From positions 1 to 24,846 of IMG/VR virus record IMGVR_UViG_3300044858_004988: 24,846 nucleotides of DNA, one strand, 5' to 3'. Positions 1-8,183 of the stretch are shown here, piece after piece (position 1 is the stretch's first letter; each line of letters starts with the position of its first letter). The position numbers and the translations under genes were made by a program. The notes below the pieces were generated by a model. That model was not told the DNA's origin. It saw only the letters and a program-made list of their open reading frames with translations, and made no database searches. The stretch is from a virus. Lineage: Duplodnaviria; Caudoviricetes.

Positions 1-15
1 CTGGGCCCGTGATCT

Positions 16-507
16 TCAGAACCCGCTGCGATCCAGCTCCGCCAGGGCCAGCACCAGCACCCGCTGGGGCATCTGCCCGTTGCTGATCAGCCAGCGGATC
101 ACCTTGGCCGTCTCCTCAGTGATCCGGGCGTTCTTGCCAGGGGCCTCGGTGATCTTGAAGGGCAGGAAGGCGTCCTGGCCCCGGGCCTTGTTGCCTAGCC
201 CTGGGAAGGCTGCGATTTCCACCATCTCCGCCAGCCGGGCCATGGTGGTGCTCATCTCGTTGGTGCGTTTCGCCTTCTCCTTCAGGGCCCAGTGATAGGC
301 CTTCAGCACGGCATCCACCGGTTGAAACGGCAGCCGCTCGGCATGCCAGCGGGGGTCCTGGGTCAGGCCGCTGGTCAGCACCAGCTGGATCTCATCCCAG
401 TCGGTTGGCGGTGTCTTGAGGTAGGCCTCTATGCGGTCGCGGTGCTCGCTGCGGGTGAGCTCTTCGGCGCTCGACGGGGCGTCTTCGCCGGTGCCGGAGG
501 CTTTCCC
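16..507 (-). CDS. Tail assembly chaperone, frameshifted C-terminal part (gpT of a gpGT-like product)
   Basis: The frame of ORF 16..381 stays open upstream to the slippery site at 501-507 (..GKASGTGEDAPSSAEELTRSEHRDRIEAYLKTPPTDWDEIQLVLTSG..) and is the -1 frame of ORF 429..1046. Confidence 0.8.
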   Translation of the reverse strand, partial: GKASGTGEDAPSSAEELTRSEHRDRIEAYLKTPPTDWDEIQLVLTSGLTQDPRWHAERLPFQPVDAVLKAYHWALKEKAKRTNEMSTTMARLAEMVEIAAFPGLGNKARGQDAFLPFKITEAPGKNARITEETAKVIRWLISNGQMPQRVLVLALAELDRSGF

Positions 508-1046
508 GCTGCCAGCATCGCCGCTTTCTCTTCGAGCAGGAACTGCTGGATCTCGTTGATCAGATCGGTGGGCAGCTGAGCGGTGTCCTCCTCACCCCAG
601 AGATCTGGCCCCAGCTTCACCCACTCCAGGCTTTCGGGGTCCATCCCCTCGCCGCGGCCGACCAGCACCCTGTGGACCTGGGCCTTCTTCTGATCACCCA
701 GCAGGGTCTGGCTGGCGAGGAAGTTGTGCAGCCGGCCCTGATCGGCGGAAAGGAGGCCAAAGCTCTGCAGCGCGCCTTTGACGGAATCAGGATTGCCTGG
801 ATCCACCGCAGCGGTCATGTTCTGGATCAGCTTGTCCACCTCCTCCAGGGGCATCCCCGTCTCCTTGGCGATGCCATCGGCCAGCTGGTAGAAGGCGCCA
901 ACGCTGACGCAGCGCTCCCGATCGTGCTGCTCGAGGAGCTCCGCTTCCCCCTGGAGCACCTTGCCGTAGACCGCGAGGCGGAACTTGCCGCCGATGATTT
1001 TGTGACCGGTGCGGAACGACGCCAAAAGGCGGCTGCTGAAGGTCAT
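429..1046 (-). CDS. Tail assembly chaperone (gpG-like), 205 aa
   Basis: Downstream of the tail tube gene; contains GCG GGA AAG (A-G-K) slippery codons near its 3' end. Confidence 0.8.
   Translation of the reverse strand: MTFSSRLLASFRTGHKIIGGKFRLAVYGKVLQGEAELLEQHDRERCVSVGAFYQLADGIAKETGMPLEEVDKLIQNMTAAVDPGNPDSVKGALQSFGLLSADQGRLHNFLASQTLLGDQKKAQVHRVLVGRGEGMDPESLEWVKLGPDLWGEEDTAQLPTDLINEIQQFLLEEKAAMLAAGKPPAPAKTPRRAPKSSPAASTATA
501..507 (-). other. Programmed -1 ribosomal frameshift site GGGAAAG
   Basis: Plus strand ctttccc at 501-507; same heptamer as the lambda G-T site, correct phase (G GGA AAG), and the -1 frame is open to position 16. Confidence 0.88.
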
Positions 1047-1291
1047 GAAACAGGCCGAAGGGCTGCACGGATCTGGAACCCAACGTAGCGCTGGCCTTGA
1101 TTCAGAACACCCTCAGGCAGCGACATCCAGAACTCATTACCGCCCGTGGGTGGGGTCACCAGTACCTCTGTATCACTGGTGCCGGCTTCGATCACCAGCA
1201 TGCCCACCGACACCTCGCCGCCAGCGTCAGGGGCGCGGCAGTCGATCGCCACCACGTTTTGCATCGGGGTGAGCAGCAGGCGGTGGTGCAC
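1043..1291 (-). CDS. Hypothetical phage protein, 82 aa
   Basis: Stop overlaps the chaperone start (ATGA at 1043-1046); normal composition. Confidence 0.65.
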   Translation of the reverse strand: MHHRLLLTPMQNVVAIDCRAPDAGGEVSVGMLVIEAGTSDTEVLVTPPTGGNEFWMSLPEGVLNQGQRYVGFQIRAALRPVS

Positions 1292-1311
1292 AGCTAGCGA
1301 TCAGTGGTGCC

Positions 1312-1632
1312 TCAAGTCTGTGCTCCCTCCTGCCGGCGCGGATCATCTGGAGCCGCCGCGGCCTTGCTGACAGCCGCCTGGGCGTAGACGGCCACGTCTC
1401 GGGTGAGCTGCAGCATCTGGATGTCGAGCTCCATCATGTTGGCCGTTGTGATGCCCTCGGGATCCTGGTGGGCCAGCAGCTGGAGCCGAAACCGCTCTTC
1501 AGGGGAGCAGGCCATGCCGGCAGCCAGCAGGCCCACTCGGAGGATGGTGGAGCGGAGCACCTTCAGCTCGGCGCGCATGGTGGCCTCCCACTCCTCAGGG
1601 GGAGGGGAGGACCAGAGGGGAAGAACGGGCAT
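1312..1632 (-). CDS. Hypothetical protein, 106 aa
   Basis: Fills the gap between the KilA-N gene and 1043..1291, co-oriented, helical composition. Confidence 0.55.
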   Translation of the reverse strand: MPVLPLWSSPPPEEWEATMRAELKVLRSTILRVGLLAAGMACSPEERFRLQLLAHQDPEGITTANMMELDIQMLQLTRDVAVYAQAAVSKAAAAPDDPRRQEGAQT

Positions 1633-1695
1633 GGGGAGCGTGCAAGGGGATGGGGTGGCCCAGGCGCAGGGCCCGGGCCGTGGCGGCAGTGAGGC

Positions 1696-2646
1696 TCAGA
1701 GCTTCATGAACAGCCAGCTGGCACAGCCCGGGGGATAGGTGCTGCACAGCTTTCCGGCGGAGAGCTTGCCGCGGCCGATGAGGCGCCAGCCGTCGCGTTC
1801 TGCTCCGATCGGCTTGGCAGCGGCCCACTTGTTGATGGTGTGGGCTTCGAGGTGCAGGAGGTGGGCCAGCTCGGGGCCGGTGATCAGGTCGCCGCGATTG
1901 AAGCGCTGCTGGGGCATGGCCCAGGCCTGATCGTTGCGTGGGGGCTGCGGCGCGGGTGCCGGCGGGGCCGGTGGCCGGGGAGGGCAGGCCACCGCTCCGA
2001 CAGGGATGCCGATAGGGGCGGGGGAGATCACCAGCTGGCCGTGCTCAGCAACGAACCATTCAAGGAAGTGTTTGGCGGCAGGGCGGGGAAAGCGCAGGGA
2101 ACGGCAGCGCTCAGGTTGGGGGAGTGCCTCCTGCTCGGCTTCTGTCTGGGTGGTGTAGGCGTCGAGGATCTCGGTCAGCGGCTCAGAGAAGGCGGTGGCG
2201 CCGAGGACGTTGATGCCAGGGCCGCCGACCTGGTACTCCAGCAGCTCCCGCTGCTTCGGGGGCAGGGCCGCCGGGGCCGGGTTGGGATCGGCGGCGAGCT
2301 TGGGGGTGAAGCTCTCCAGAAACCAGCCATCCATCATCACGGCGAACTCGGGGTGAAGCCATCGGGCCAGGTCCACCGCGATGCGGGGGTGGACCCAGGT
2401 GCCGCGCAGATCGTTCGGGCCGGTCGTGATCATCTGGATCAGGAGGTCTACGGGAAATCCCGTAGACCTCGAAAGCGCCCGCACGTACTGGGTTGTCCGG
2501 TCGAGCCGGCCGTAGTCGTTGAAGAGCTTGCCGTAGGCCTTGCACATGGCTGTGGCGTTCACGTAGCCGTCGGAGGGCCGACGCAAGATGCCCACACCAT
2601 TCCAGGTGCGGGACTCCATCCCCTTGGGGGTGAGGCTGCTATTCAT
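1696..2646 (-). CDS. KilA-N domain DNA-binding protein (antirepressor-like) with a C-terminal HTH-like segment
   Basis: KilA-N motifs DGYVNATAMCKAYGK and GTWVHPRIAVDLARWLHPEF; start reassigned to ATG 2646 (MNSSLTPK); C-terminal LITGPELAHLLHLEAHTINKWA. Confidence 0.88.
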   Translation of the reverse strand: MNSSLTPKGMESRTWNGVGILRRPSDGYVNATAMCKAYGKLFNDYGRLDRTTQYVRALSRSTGFPVDLLIQMITTGPNDLRGTWVHPRIAVDLARWLHPEFAVMMDGWFLESFTPKLAADPNPAPAALPPKQRELLEYQVGGPGINVLGATAFSEPLTEILDAYTTQTEAEQEALPQPERCRSLRFPRPAAKHFLEWFVAEHGQLVISPAPIGIPVGAVACPPRPPAPPAPAPQPPRNDQAWAMPQQRFNRGDLITGPELAHLLHLEAHTINKWAAAKPIGAERDGWRLIGRGKLSAGKLCSTYPPGCASWLFMKL

Positions 2647-2945
2647 CGATGACTCCCGCTCGAAGCGGGCGTATTGGTTGCCCAGCAGCGACGCCGGGTT
2701 TTGGCAGAGTACAGCAGTTTGATCTGTCAAGTGGGGTGGAGGAGGGGCCTCCGCAACCGGAACCCGAGCGGCGACCAACGGCACCGCTCCCGGCGCCCGC
2801 CCTTGCGGGTGGGCACGACCCCCCCCCCGGTGCAAGAGTACGGGAGGCGGGGGCTGGGTTCAGAGGCGCCACCTAGGAACCGCTGCATGTCGCCTCGGAA
2901 AGCCGCAGTGTGCTATTGCTGGCAGGCTTCGCTGTACCTATCCCC

Positions 2946-3311
2946 ATGATTACTCGCCCCTGGAAAATACTCCTTGGAATAGTGCTGGGACTGGCAGGGT
3001 GCAGCGGGATACTTATGGGGTTGGTACTTTGGTTCGATCCAAGCACTCGAAGCGCAGGCACAAGCACTGATGCCACGGTTGGAGACACCCGCTATATGGG
3101 CGCCAGCAACTGCGACAAGGCAATCCAGGCTCGGTTGACCGATCCCGACAGTTATCAACGGAGCGCCACTCAGATCGTGGATGCAAAGCCGGGACGCGGC
3201 TGGGTGGCACGGACATCGTTCCGATCACGAAACGGCTTTGGCGGCTACAAGGAGGCAACGGCAGATTGCGTGTTTGATGGCAACTCCTACAGGGCCATCG
3301 TGATGCAGTGA
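2946..3311 (+). CDS. Membrane-anchored hypothetical protein (moron-like)
   Basis: N-terminal hydrophobic stretch ILLGIVLGLAGCSGILMGLVLWF; two later Cys; LTDPDSY..FRSRNGFGG motif; lower GC; opposite strand to the operon. Confidence 0.75.
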   Translation: MITRPWKILLGIVLGLAGCSGILMGLVLWFDPSTRSAGTSTDATVGDTRYMGASNCDKAIQARLTDPDSYQRSATQIVDAKPGRGWVARTSFRSRNGFGGYKEATADCVFDGNSYRAIVMQ

Positions 3312-3341
3312 AAGGGGCCCCCATTTCCAGCACGCCATGAC

Positions 3342-3362
3342 AAAGGGGGCCCGCAGGCCCCC
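3342..3362 (-). terminator. Probable intrinsic terminator after the tail tube gene
   Basis: Perfect 7-bp stem gggggcc-cgca-ggccccc (3345-3362) followed by TTT on the minus strand, between convergent genes; the U-tract is short. Confidence 0.55.
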
Positions 3363-3390
3363 GGTGTTGCCCCTGTTGCCCTGATCAGGA

Positions 3391-4404
3391 TCAGGCGGTG
3401 CGGAAGGTGGTGGAGAAACCCGCCAGCGGCCGGCGGATGCCGGCGGCATCGGCCACCAGGGAGGCGTTGACCGCCTGGGTGATCGCCCCATCGCGCACCA
3501 CCAGCCGGTAGATGGTCGCCGCGGCCAGGTCGGCCACCGGGTTGATCGTGACCACGTTCGAGGCCAGGGTGACCACCGCCGGGACGCGGACGCCGCTGGA
3601 GGCCAGCTCGAGGCGGAAGCCGGAGCCATCGGCAGCACCCAGGGCCAGCTGGGTGAGGGCCGCCGTGCCGTCGGAGGTGTAGGTGACGGTCTGGTTGGCA
3701 GTGACCACTGCCGCCGTGCCGTTGTCGACCGGCACCACCGCATATCGGCGGGTGCCGCTGGAGGGGGCAGTGGTAAGGATCACGGATTGGATGGCCCCGC
3801 TGGCGAGTGGAGAAGCGCCGGCATTGAAGCGACCGAACACGGCCCGACCACGGCTCATGCCGTCGAAGGTGACGTTGATCAGGTCCTCAGCCGCCTGGGG
3901 CTCCTTGTAGTTGCGCAGGCAGCAGTTAAACCCGGCGTAGTCGTACACGTAGTCGCCGGTGCTGCCGCTGGCGCGGCCCAGCTCCTTGAACATCTCCACG
4001 AACACCTCGTAGTCGGTGTCGTAGCGAGCTTTCTCGACGATGGCGAACTCCTCGGAGTAGTCGCCGCGGAACTCGGGGCAGTTGCCGGTGGCCGCCTGGA
4101 CGATGCTCCGGGAGAAGAAGGTGTCGAAGCTGGCGCTGACCTTGGAGCCGGTCGTCACGCTGTCGCTCCAGCCGTCATCACCGATCAGGCGGAACTCCCG
4201 ATCGTTGTTGTCGACGTTGAAGGACACCTGTTTGACGGTCTGGAGCTCCCGGGCCCAGTCGCCGGTGTCCAGGGTGGGGCGGGTGATGAAGCCGGAGCTA
4301 TCCCGGACGGGGAAGTAGCGGCAGGGGGCCCTCAGCGGGGTCATGAGCAGGATGCTGCGATGCGCCTTGATAAAGCCTTGCCCAATCGCAAAATCGGTCG
4401 TCAT
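3391..4404 (-). CDS. Major tail (tube) protein with a C-terminal Ig-like domain
   Basis: Follows the neck genes; beta-rich tube-like N-terminal part; C-terminal VVTINPVADLAAATIYRLVVRDG..FSTTFRT resembles bacterial Ig-like (Big_5) domains. Confidence 0.78.
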   Translation of the reverse strand: MTTDFAIGQGFIKAHRSILLMTPLRAPCRYFPVRDSSGFITRPTLDTGDWARELQTVKQVSFNVDNNDREFRLIGDDGWSDSVTTGSKVSASFDTFFSRSIVQAATGNCPEFRGDYSEEFAIVEKARYDTDYEVFVEMFKELGRASGSTGDYVYDYAGFNCCLRNYKEPQAAEDLINVTFDGMSRGRAVFGRFNAGASPLASGAIQSVILTTAPSSGTRRYAVVPVDNGTAAVVTANQTVTYTSDGTAALTQLALGAADGSGFRLELASSGVRVPAVVTLASNVVTINPVADLAAATIYRLVVRDGAITQAVNASLVADAAGIRRPLAGFSTTFRTA

Positions 4405-4461
4405 GTCGATGTCCTTGGAATGTCGGGGGTCGAGAGGGGATGAACAGAGGCGGCTGCTGGA

Positions 4462-4899
4462 TCAACCGGAAGCGGCCAGCGAGGCGATCAGGACCGGATC
4501 GGGCAGCTCGATGATGAGCCGCTCGTAGCTGTCATCAGTCTGGGGCTGGTGACGTTGCTGGGCCGTCGGCCAGGCGCGAAACGCCAGCAGCCGCACAGCC
4601 TCCAGATCGCTGCTGCTGTCGAACTGGGTAAAGGTGAGGGTCCAGGTCCGCATGGTTGCCAGCACCGGGGTGGGGCGGCCGAGGAGCTCGCGCTCCGGGG
4701 CGTTGGTGAGCACCGCCTCGATGCCGGTGGCCGTGTAGCTCGGCCGCACCTGGCCCTTGCCCACCGTCCAGAAGGCCTGGATTGGTGGGCCTTCGGGCCG
4801 CTTGTAGAGGCCTAGAAGCGGGCCGAACAGGGCGCGCAGGTCGTCGGCCACCTGGCGGACGGTGGCGCCCAGCTCCACCTGGCAACGTGCCTGGGTCAC
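4462..4899 (-). CDS. Putative tail terminator/completion protein
   Basis: Size (145 aa) and position just before the tail tube; GTGA overlap with the upstream gene. Confidence 0.55.
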   Translation of the reverse strand: MTQARCQVELGATVRQVADDLRALFGPLLGLYKRPEGPPIQAFWTVGKGQVRPSYTATGIEAVLTNAPERELLGRPTPVLATMRTWTLTFTQFDSSSDLEAVRLLAFRAWPTAQQRHQPQTDDSYERLIIELPDPVLIASLAASG

Positions 4900-5351
4900 G
4901 ATGCACCTCCAGCCGGCGGCACGGCCGGGGCCGGGGCCCCGCCGCCGTTGTTGCCGCCGAGGCCCCGCCGTTTGGCCGACAGGGTGAAGTGCAACTGGAA
5001 GGTGCTCTGCAGCCGCTGGCGGTCCTTCATCAGCTCACGGGTCCAGGGCCGGGCCGTCATGGTCTTGGGGTTGCCCTCAGCATCTGTGGCCTTGAACACC
5101 GCGCCGTCATGCACCGCCGGGGCATAGGGAGCCGACCAGCGGTACTTGGTGACCATCACCCCAGGGCGGGGATCGATCGTCATCGTTTGCGAAGCCCGCA
5201 GGTCGCCGGTGTCGACGATGTCCCTGGGGCTCTCTCCCCGCGGCCAGTCCCACTTCGGTTCGGTGATGTGCCGGGTCAGCTCAGAGTCCACGTGGGCGCT
5301 GAAACGCCCCCAGGCCTCACTCACCACCTCGCGCAGCAGCTGCTCATTCAT
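4896..5351 (-). CDS. HK97-gp10-like neck/tail completion protein
   Basis: Motifs IVDTGDLRAS and APYAPAVHDG..ARPW; start reassigned to ATG 5351 (MNEQLLRE). Confidence 0.72.
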   Translation of the reverse strand: MNEQLLREVVSEAWGRFSAHVDSELTRHITEPKWDWPRGESPRDIVDTGDLRASQTMTIDPRPGVMVTKYRWSAPYAPAVHDGAVFKATDAEGNPKTMTARPWTRELMKDRQRLQSTFQLHFTLSAKRRGLGGNNGGGAPAPAVPPAGGAS

Positions 5352-5748
5352 CGCCGCGGCCTCCGGTGACCCGGAAGGTGCCGTTGATCTGCTGGCGCAG
5401 CAGCGGCATGGCACCCACGGGAGCCCCCAGGTCTTCCTGCAGCTCAAAGCGGCCCCGGCGGCCATTGATCACCGCCACCGCCTTGCTGCCGCTCACGATG
5501 CGTGGATCGAGGGTGGCGGGGCTCAGCAGCCGGCCGGTGCAGGGGAAGGTGCTCTCATCCACCCCCACCTGCTTCTCCCAGCGGGAGCGATTGATCCGCA
5601 GGGCCGCCAGGTAGTTGATCACCTCCGTGGCCGCCACCTGGTTGCCGGTGTCGGCATCCACCGTCAGCACCGCACCAGCAACCTCAAACGCCAGGGTGGA
5701 GTTGGCGAGGTTGCCGTAGGCGGAGGCTGGCTGGGGGGTGGTGGTCAT
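5344..5748 (-). CDS. Putative head closure / head-tail joining protein
   Basis: Position after the adaptor; TGATG overlap gives start 5748 (MTTTPQ); beta-rich composition. Confidence 0.55.
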   Translation of the reverse strand: MTTTPQPASAYGNLANSTLAFEVAGAVLTVDADTGNQVAATEVINYLAALRINRSRWEKQVGVDESTFPCTGRLLSPATLDPRIVSGSKAVAVINGRRGRFELQEDLGAPVGAMPLLRQQINGTFRVTGGRGDE

Positions 5749-6053
5749 CAGATCGCGAAGCCGCAAAGGGGGAGGCAGGACTGCAGCTCGGCGAACTGCT
5801 GCCCGTAGTAGGTGGCCTCGATGCCACTGCCGGCGGAGGCAGCGGCCTGGCCCACCTGGGCCCCCACCTCACGCACCCGGCAGGCGATGAGGTGGGCAGC
5901 GAACAGGCCCACGCCATCGCCGTGGAGGTTGTCCCACACGGTTTCATCACAGCGGCGGCCGGCGGTGGCCAGCGCCTGCTCCAGCTGGGCATGGGTGTGC
6001 ACAGCCAGTTCGGGGAACCGATCGAGGAACTCAGGAAGGGTGGGCACGGCCAT
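5748..6053 (-). CDS. DUF4054-like head-tail adaptor protein
   Basis: Motifs EFLDRFPEL, LFAAHLIA and TYYGQQF; start reassigned to ATG 6053. Confidence 0.8.
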   Translation of the reverse strand: MAVPTLPEFLDRFPELAVHTHAQLEQALATAGRRCDETVWDNLHGDGVGLFAAHLIACRVREVGAQVGQAAASAGSGIEATYYGQQFAELQSCLPLCGFAI

Positions 6054-6055
6054 GG

Positions 6056-6541
6056 TCAGGGCTTGCCGTCGTTGATCTCTTGGATCCGGGTCGCGATCCG
6101 CTCGCGCAGCTGCTGGCGGTCCTCCTTGCGGAGCCATTGCTGCAGCTGCTCGGTGTTCCGGCAGCCGTAGACCAGGCGGATCGCCACCGGCACCGAAACG
6201 GCGCCGAGGGTCAGCTCACCGTCGGCGTTGGTGGCGCCATCGGTGAGCTCGATCTCCTGAAGCAGGCCGCGCCCCATCAGCACCTGGGTGTCGGGCCGTT
6301 CCTTGGCCTGCTCCCACAGGCTGCGATCGATCGGGCCATTGAGGCCCGGGTTGATGCGCAGCGTGGTGGGATTGCTCAGCGGGCCAAACACCCAAGCCAG
6401 GGAGCCCCCACGGCAGGACTGCAGGCAGGCCTCATTCAGCTCGGGAGTGAAGACCACCGCCAGGGAGCCGGTGATGGCCTCCTGGGGTGCGGCTTCGGTC
6501 TCGGGCTTGGTGGCGGGCTTGGTGGGATGGGTCGTCGTCAT
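6056..6541 (-). CDS. Hypothetical head-module protein, 161 aa
   Basis: Between capsid and adaptor, co-oriented; charged helical C-terminus. Confidence 0.75.
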   Translation of the reverse strand: MTTTHPTKPATKPETEAAPQEAITGSLAVVFTPELNEACLQSCRGGSLAWVFGPLSNPTTLRINPGLNGPIDRSLWEQAKERPDTQVLMGRGLLQEIELTDGATNADGELTLGAVSVPVAIRLVYGCRNTEQLQQWLRKEDRQQLRERIATRIQEINDGKP

Positions 6542-6591
6542 AGGGAGCGGATGGGGGAAGGGTGCACGGGAATCAAGCCGATCAGCCGTGA

Positions 6592-7524
6592 TCAGCCGCC
6601 GTCCTCGATGTAGAGGAAGGCAACCGGAAATTCGGGGATGAAGCCGCCGATCTTGCTCATCGAGGGCACGATGAACTTGAGGTTCTTCGGCTGGGGGGGG
6701 AGGAAGGTGAGGGGCAGGGGGATGTGGAACTTCCCCTTGGTCGGATCCTTCCGGTAGAAGAGCATCCGGCGGGCGCTGAGGTTGCCGCCGGAGTTGGCCG
6801 GGTCGAGCTCGTTGATCGGCTCCACGCTGGTGATGCCGGGGTTCATCTTCAGGAACAGCTCCAGCACCGTCATGTTGTCGGTGGCGCTGCGGCAGGTGGT
6901 GGAGACGATCCGGTGATCCGATTCACCCATCAGGAGCGAGTTGGGCGACTCCACCTGCTTGGAATTGACCCGCATTTGCGTGACCCCGAAATTGAGCAGA
7001 TCGAGCATCTGCTGGGGCGTGGTGTTGGGGTCGTTGAACCAGGCGTCAGAGGAGTTCCCGGTCACCACCACACGGTCGATGGCGGGGTGGTTGAGCATGC
7101 CGCGCAGGCCGGTGCCGGCCCGGCCGAACAGGCAGGTGATGTTGTTGCGGCGCTCGTAGGCGTCGCGCACCGCATCGGCCCGCTCGCTGGTGATGCCCAC
7201 GCCGGCCATTTTTGCCGACAGCAGCTCGGACTGGGTGTAGTCGAACGCGCCGCCGAACTCGCGGATCTCGTTCACGATCTCACCCACCTTTACGCCGGAG
7301 CGGGGCAGGTCGTCGGCAGCGTCGGAAATCAAATCAAAGTTGCCGGTGCGATCCCAGATGGGGCGCTTGATCGAGGTGGCGCCGGGGTCCACCTCGAAGC
7401 TGACGGGGCAGATCTTGGGGTAGACGATTTCGGCGTAAGGCTTGCGCAGCACACCAGGGATGATGTGCTGCAGCTGATCGACGAGGAACGCTCCCTCGCT
7501 GTAGTTGTCCAGGCGGTGGCTCAT
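6592..7524 (-). CDS. Major capsid protein (DUF2184-type, HK97 fold)
   Basis: 310 aa; DDLPR, YTQSEL..A, LFG..GLRGMLNHP motifs; follows the protease and decoration genes; SD-like GGAG upstream. Confidence 0.9.
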   Translation of the reverse strand: MSHRLDNYSEGAFLVDQLQHIIPGVLRKPYAEIVYPKICPVSFEVDPGATSIKRPIWDRTGNFDLISDAADDLPRSGVKVGEIVNEIREFGGAFDYTQSELLSAKMAGVGITSERADAVRDAYERRNNITCLFGRAGTGLRGMLNHPAIDRVVVTGNSSDAWFNDPNTTPQQMLDLLNFGVTQMRVNSKQVESPNSLLMGESDHRIVSTTCRSATDNMTVLELFLKMNPGITSVEPINELDPANSGGNLSARRMLFYRKDPTKGKFHIPLPLTFLPPQPKNLKFIVPSMSKIGGFIPEFPVAFLYIEDGG

Positions 7525-7579
7525 GGGTCGTCTCCGGGAGGAGGGCAGGGGGTGATGGGGATCGGGTTAGGGGGAGTGA

Positions 7580-8143
7580 TCAGTCAGCGGTGACAACCAG
7601 AGCCGCCGGGGTGTTGAAGCGCACGATGGCCAGGCCACCAGCAGCCGCCGGGCGCTCGATCTCCCAGCCACCGGCGGAGAAGTTGAGGCTGTTGCCGGTG
7701 CTGGCGGTTTTGCCCCAGCGGCCCGCGTTGTTGCCGCTCTTGAAATAGCGCAGGGCGTTGCCGGGGGCGAGGGTTTCCCAGCAGTCGAGGTAGATGGCGC
7801 CGACCTTGAGGATGTTGACCGCACCGCCGGGCTTGATGCCCTCCTGATACGGAGTCGCGGCATCGCGATGGGACACCTCGTGCACGTCGGTCAAGACGGT
7901 GATGCCCAGGATCGTGGAGGCTGCCACCGCAGGGGTGCAGGAGTTGGGCAGGACGCCGGAGCCGTTCCGGATCACGGGAATGCCGAACAGGATCCGGGCG
8001 GCCGTTTCGTTGTTGCCGCTGATGATGGTGCTGTTGCTGATGTCGGCAAGCTCACCGATGCGGCCGATGCCCATCTGCATGGGGTAGTCGCGGCCAACAC
8101 CGGCGAAGACGGTGGCGGCGTTATTGGTGAAGGTCTGGGCCAT
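7580..8143 (-). CDS. Head decoration/cement protein
   Basis: 187 aa, Gly/Ala/Thr-rich, ILFGIPV..G and AVNILKVGAIY motifs; between scaffold and capsid. Confidence 0.78.
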   Translation of the reverse strand: MAQTFTNNAATVFAGVGRDYPMQMGIGRIGELADISNSTIISGNNETAARILFGIPVIRNGSGVLPNSCTPAVAASTILGITVLTDVHEVSHRDAATPYQEGIKPGGAVNILKVGAIYLDCWETLAPGNALRYFKSGNNAGRWGKTASTGNSLNFSAGGWEIERPAAAGGLAIVRFNTPAALVVTAD

Positions 8144-8183
8144 GGTTCTAAGGAAAGGGGGTCAGGGAAGGGCGGGAACGGGA

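Noticed and set aside
2701-2730. Sigma70 promoter TTGACA..TACTCT on the minus strand for the KilA-N gene
   Set aside because: Only 13 nt between the hexamers; kept only as an inverted repeat.
6592-7524. Encapsulin nanocompartment rather than phage capsid
   Set aside because: It sits in a complete head-neck-tail gene array with protease and decoration genes.
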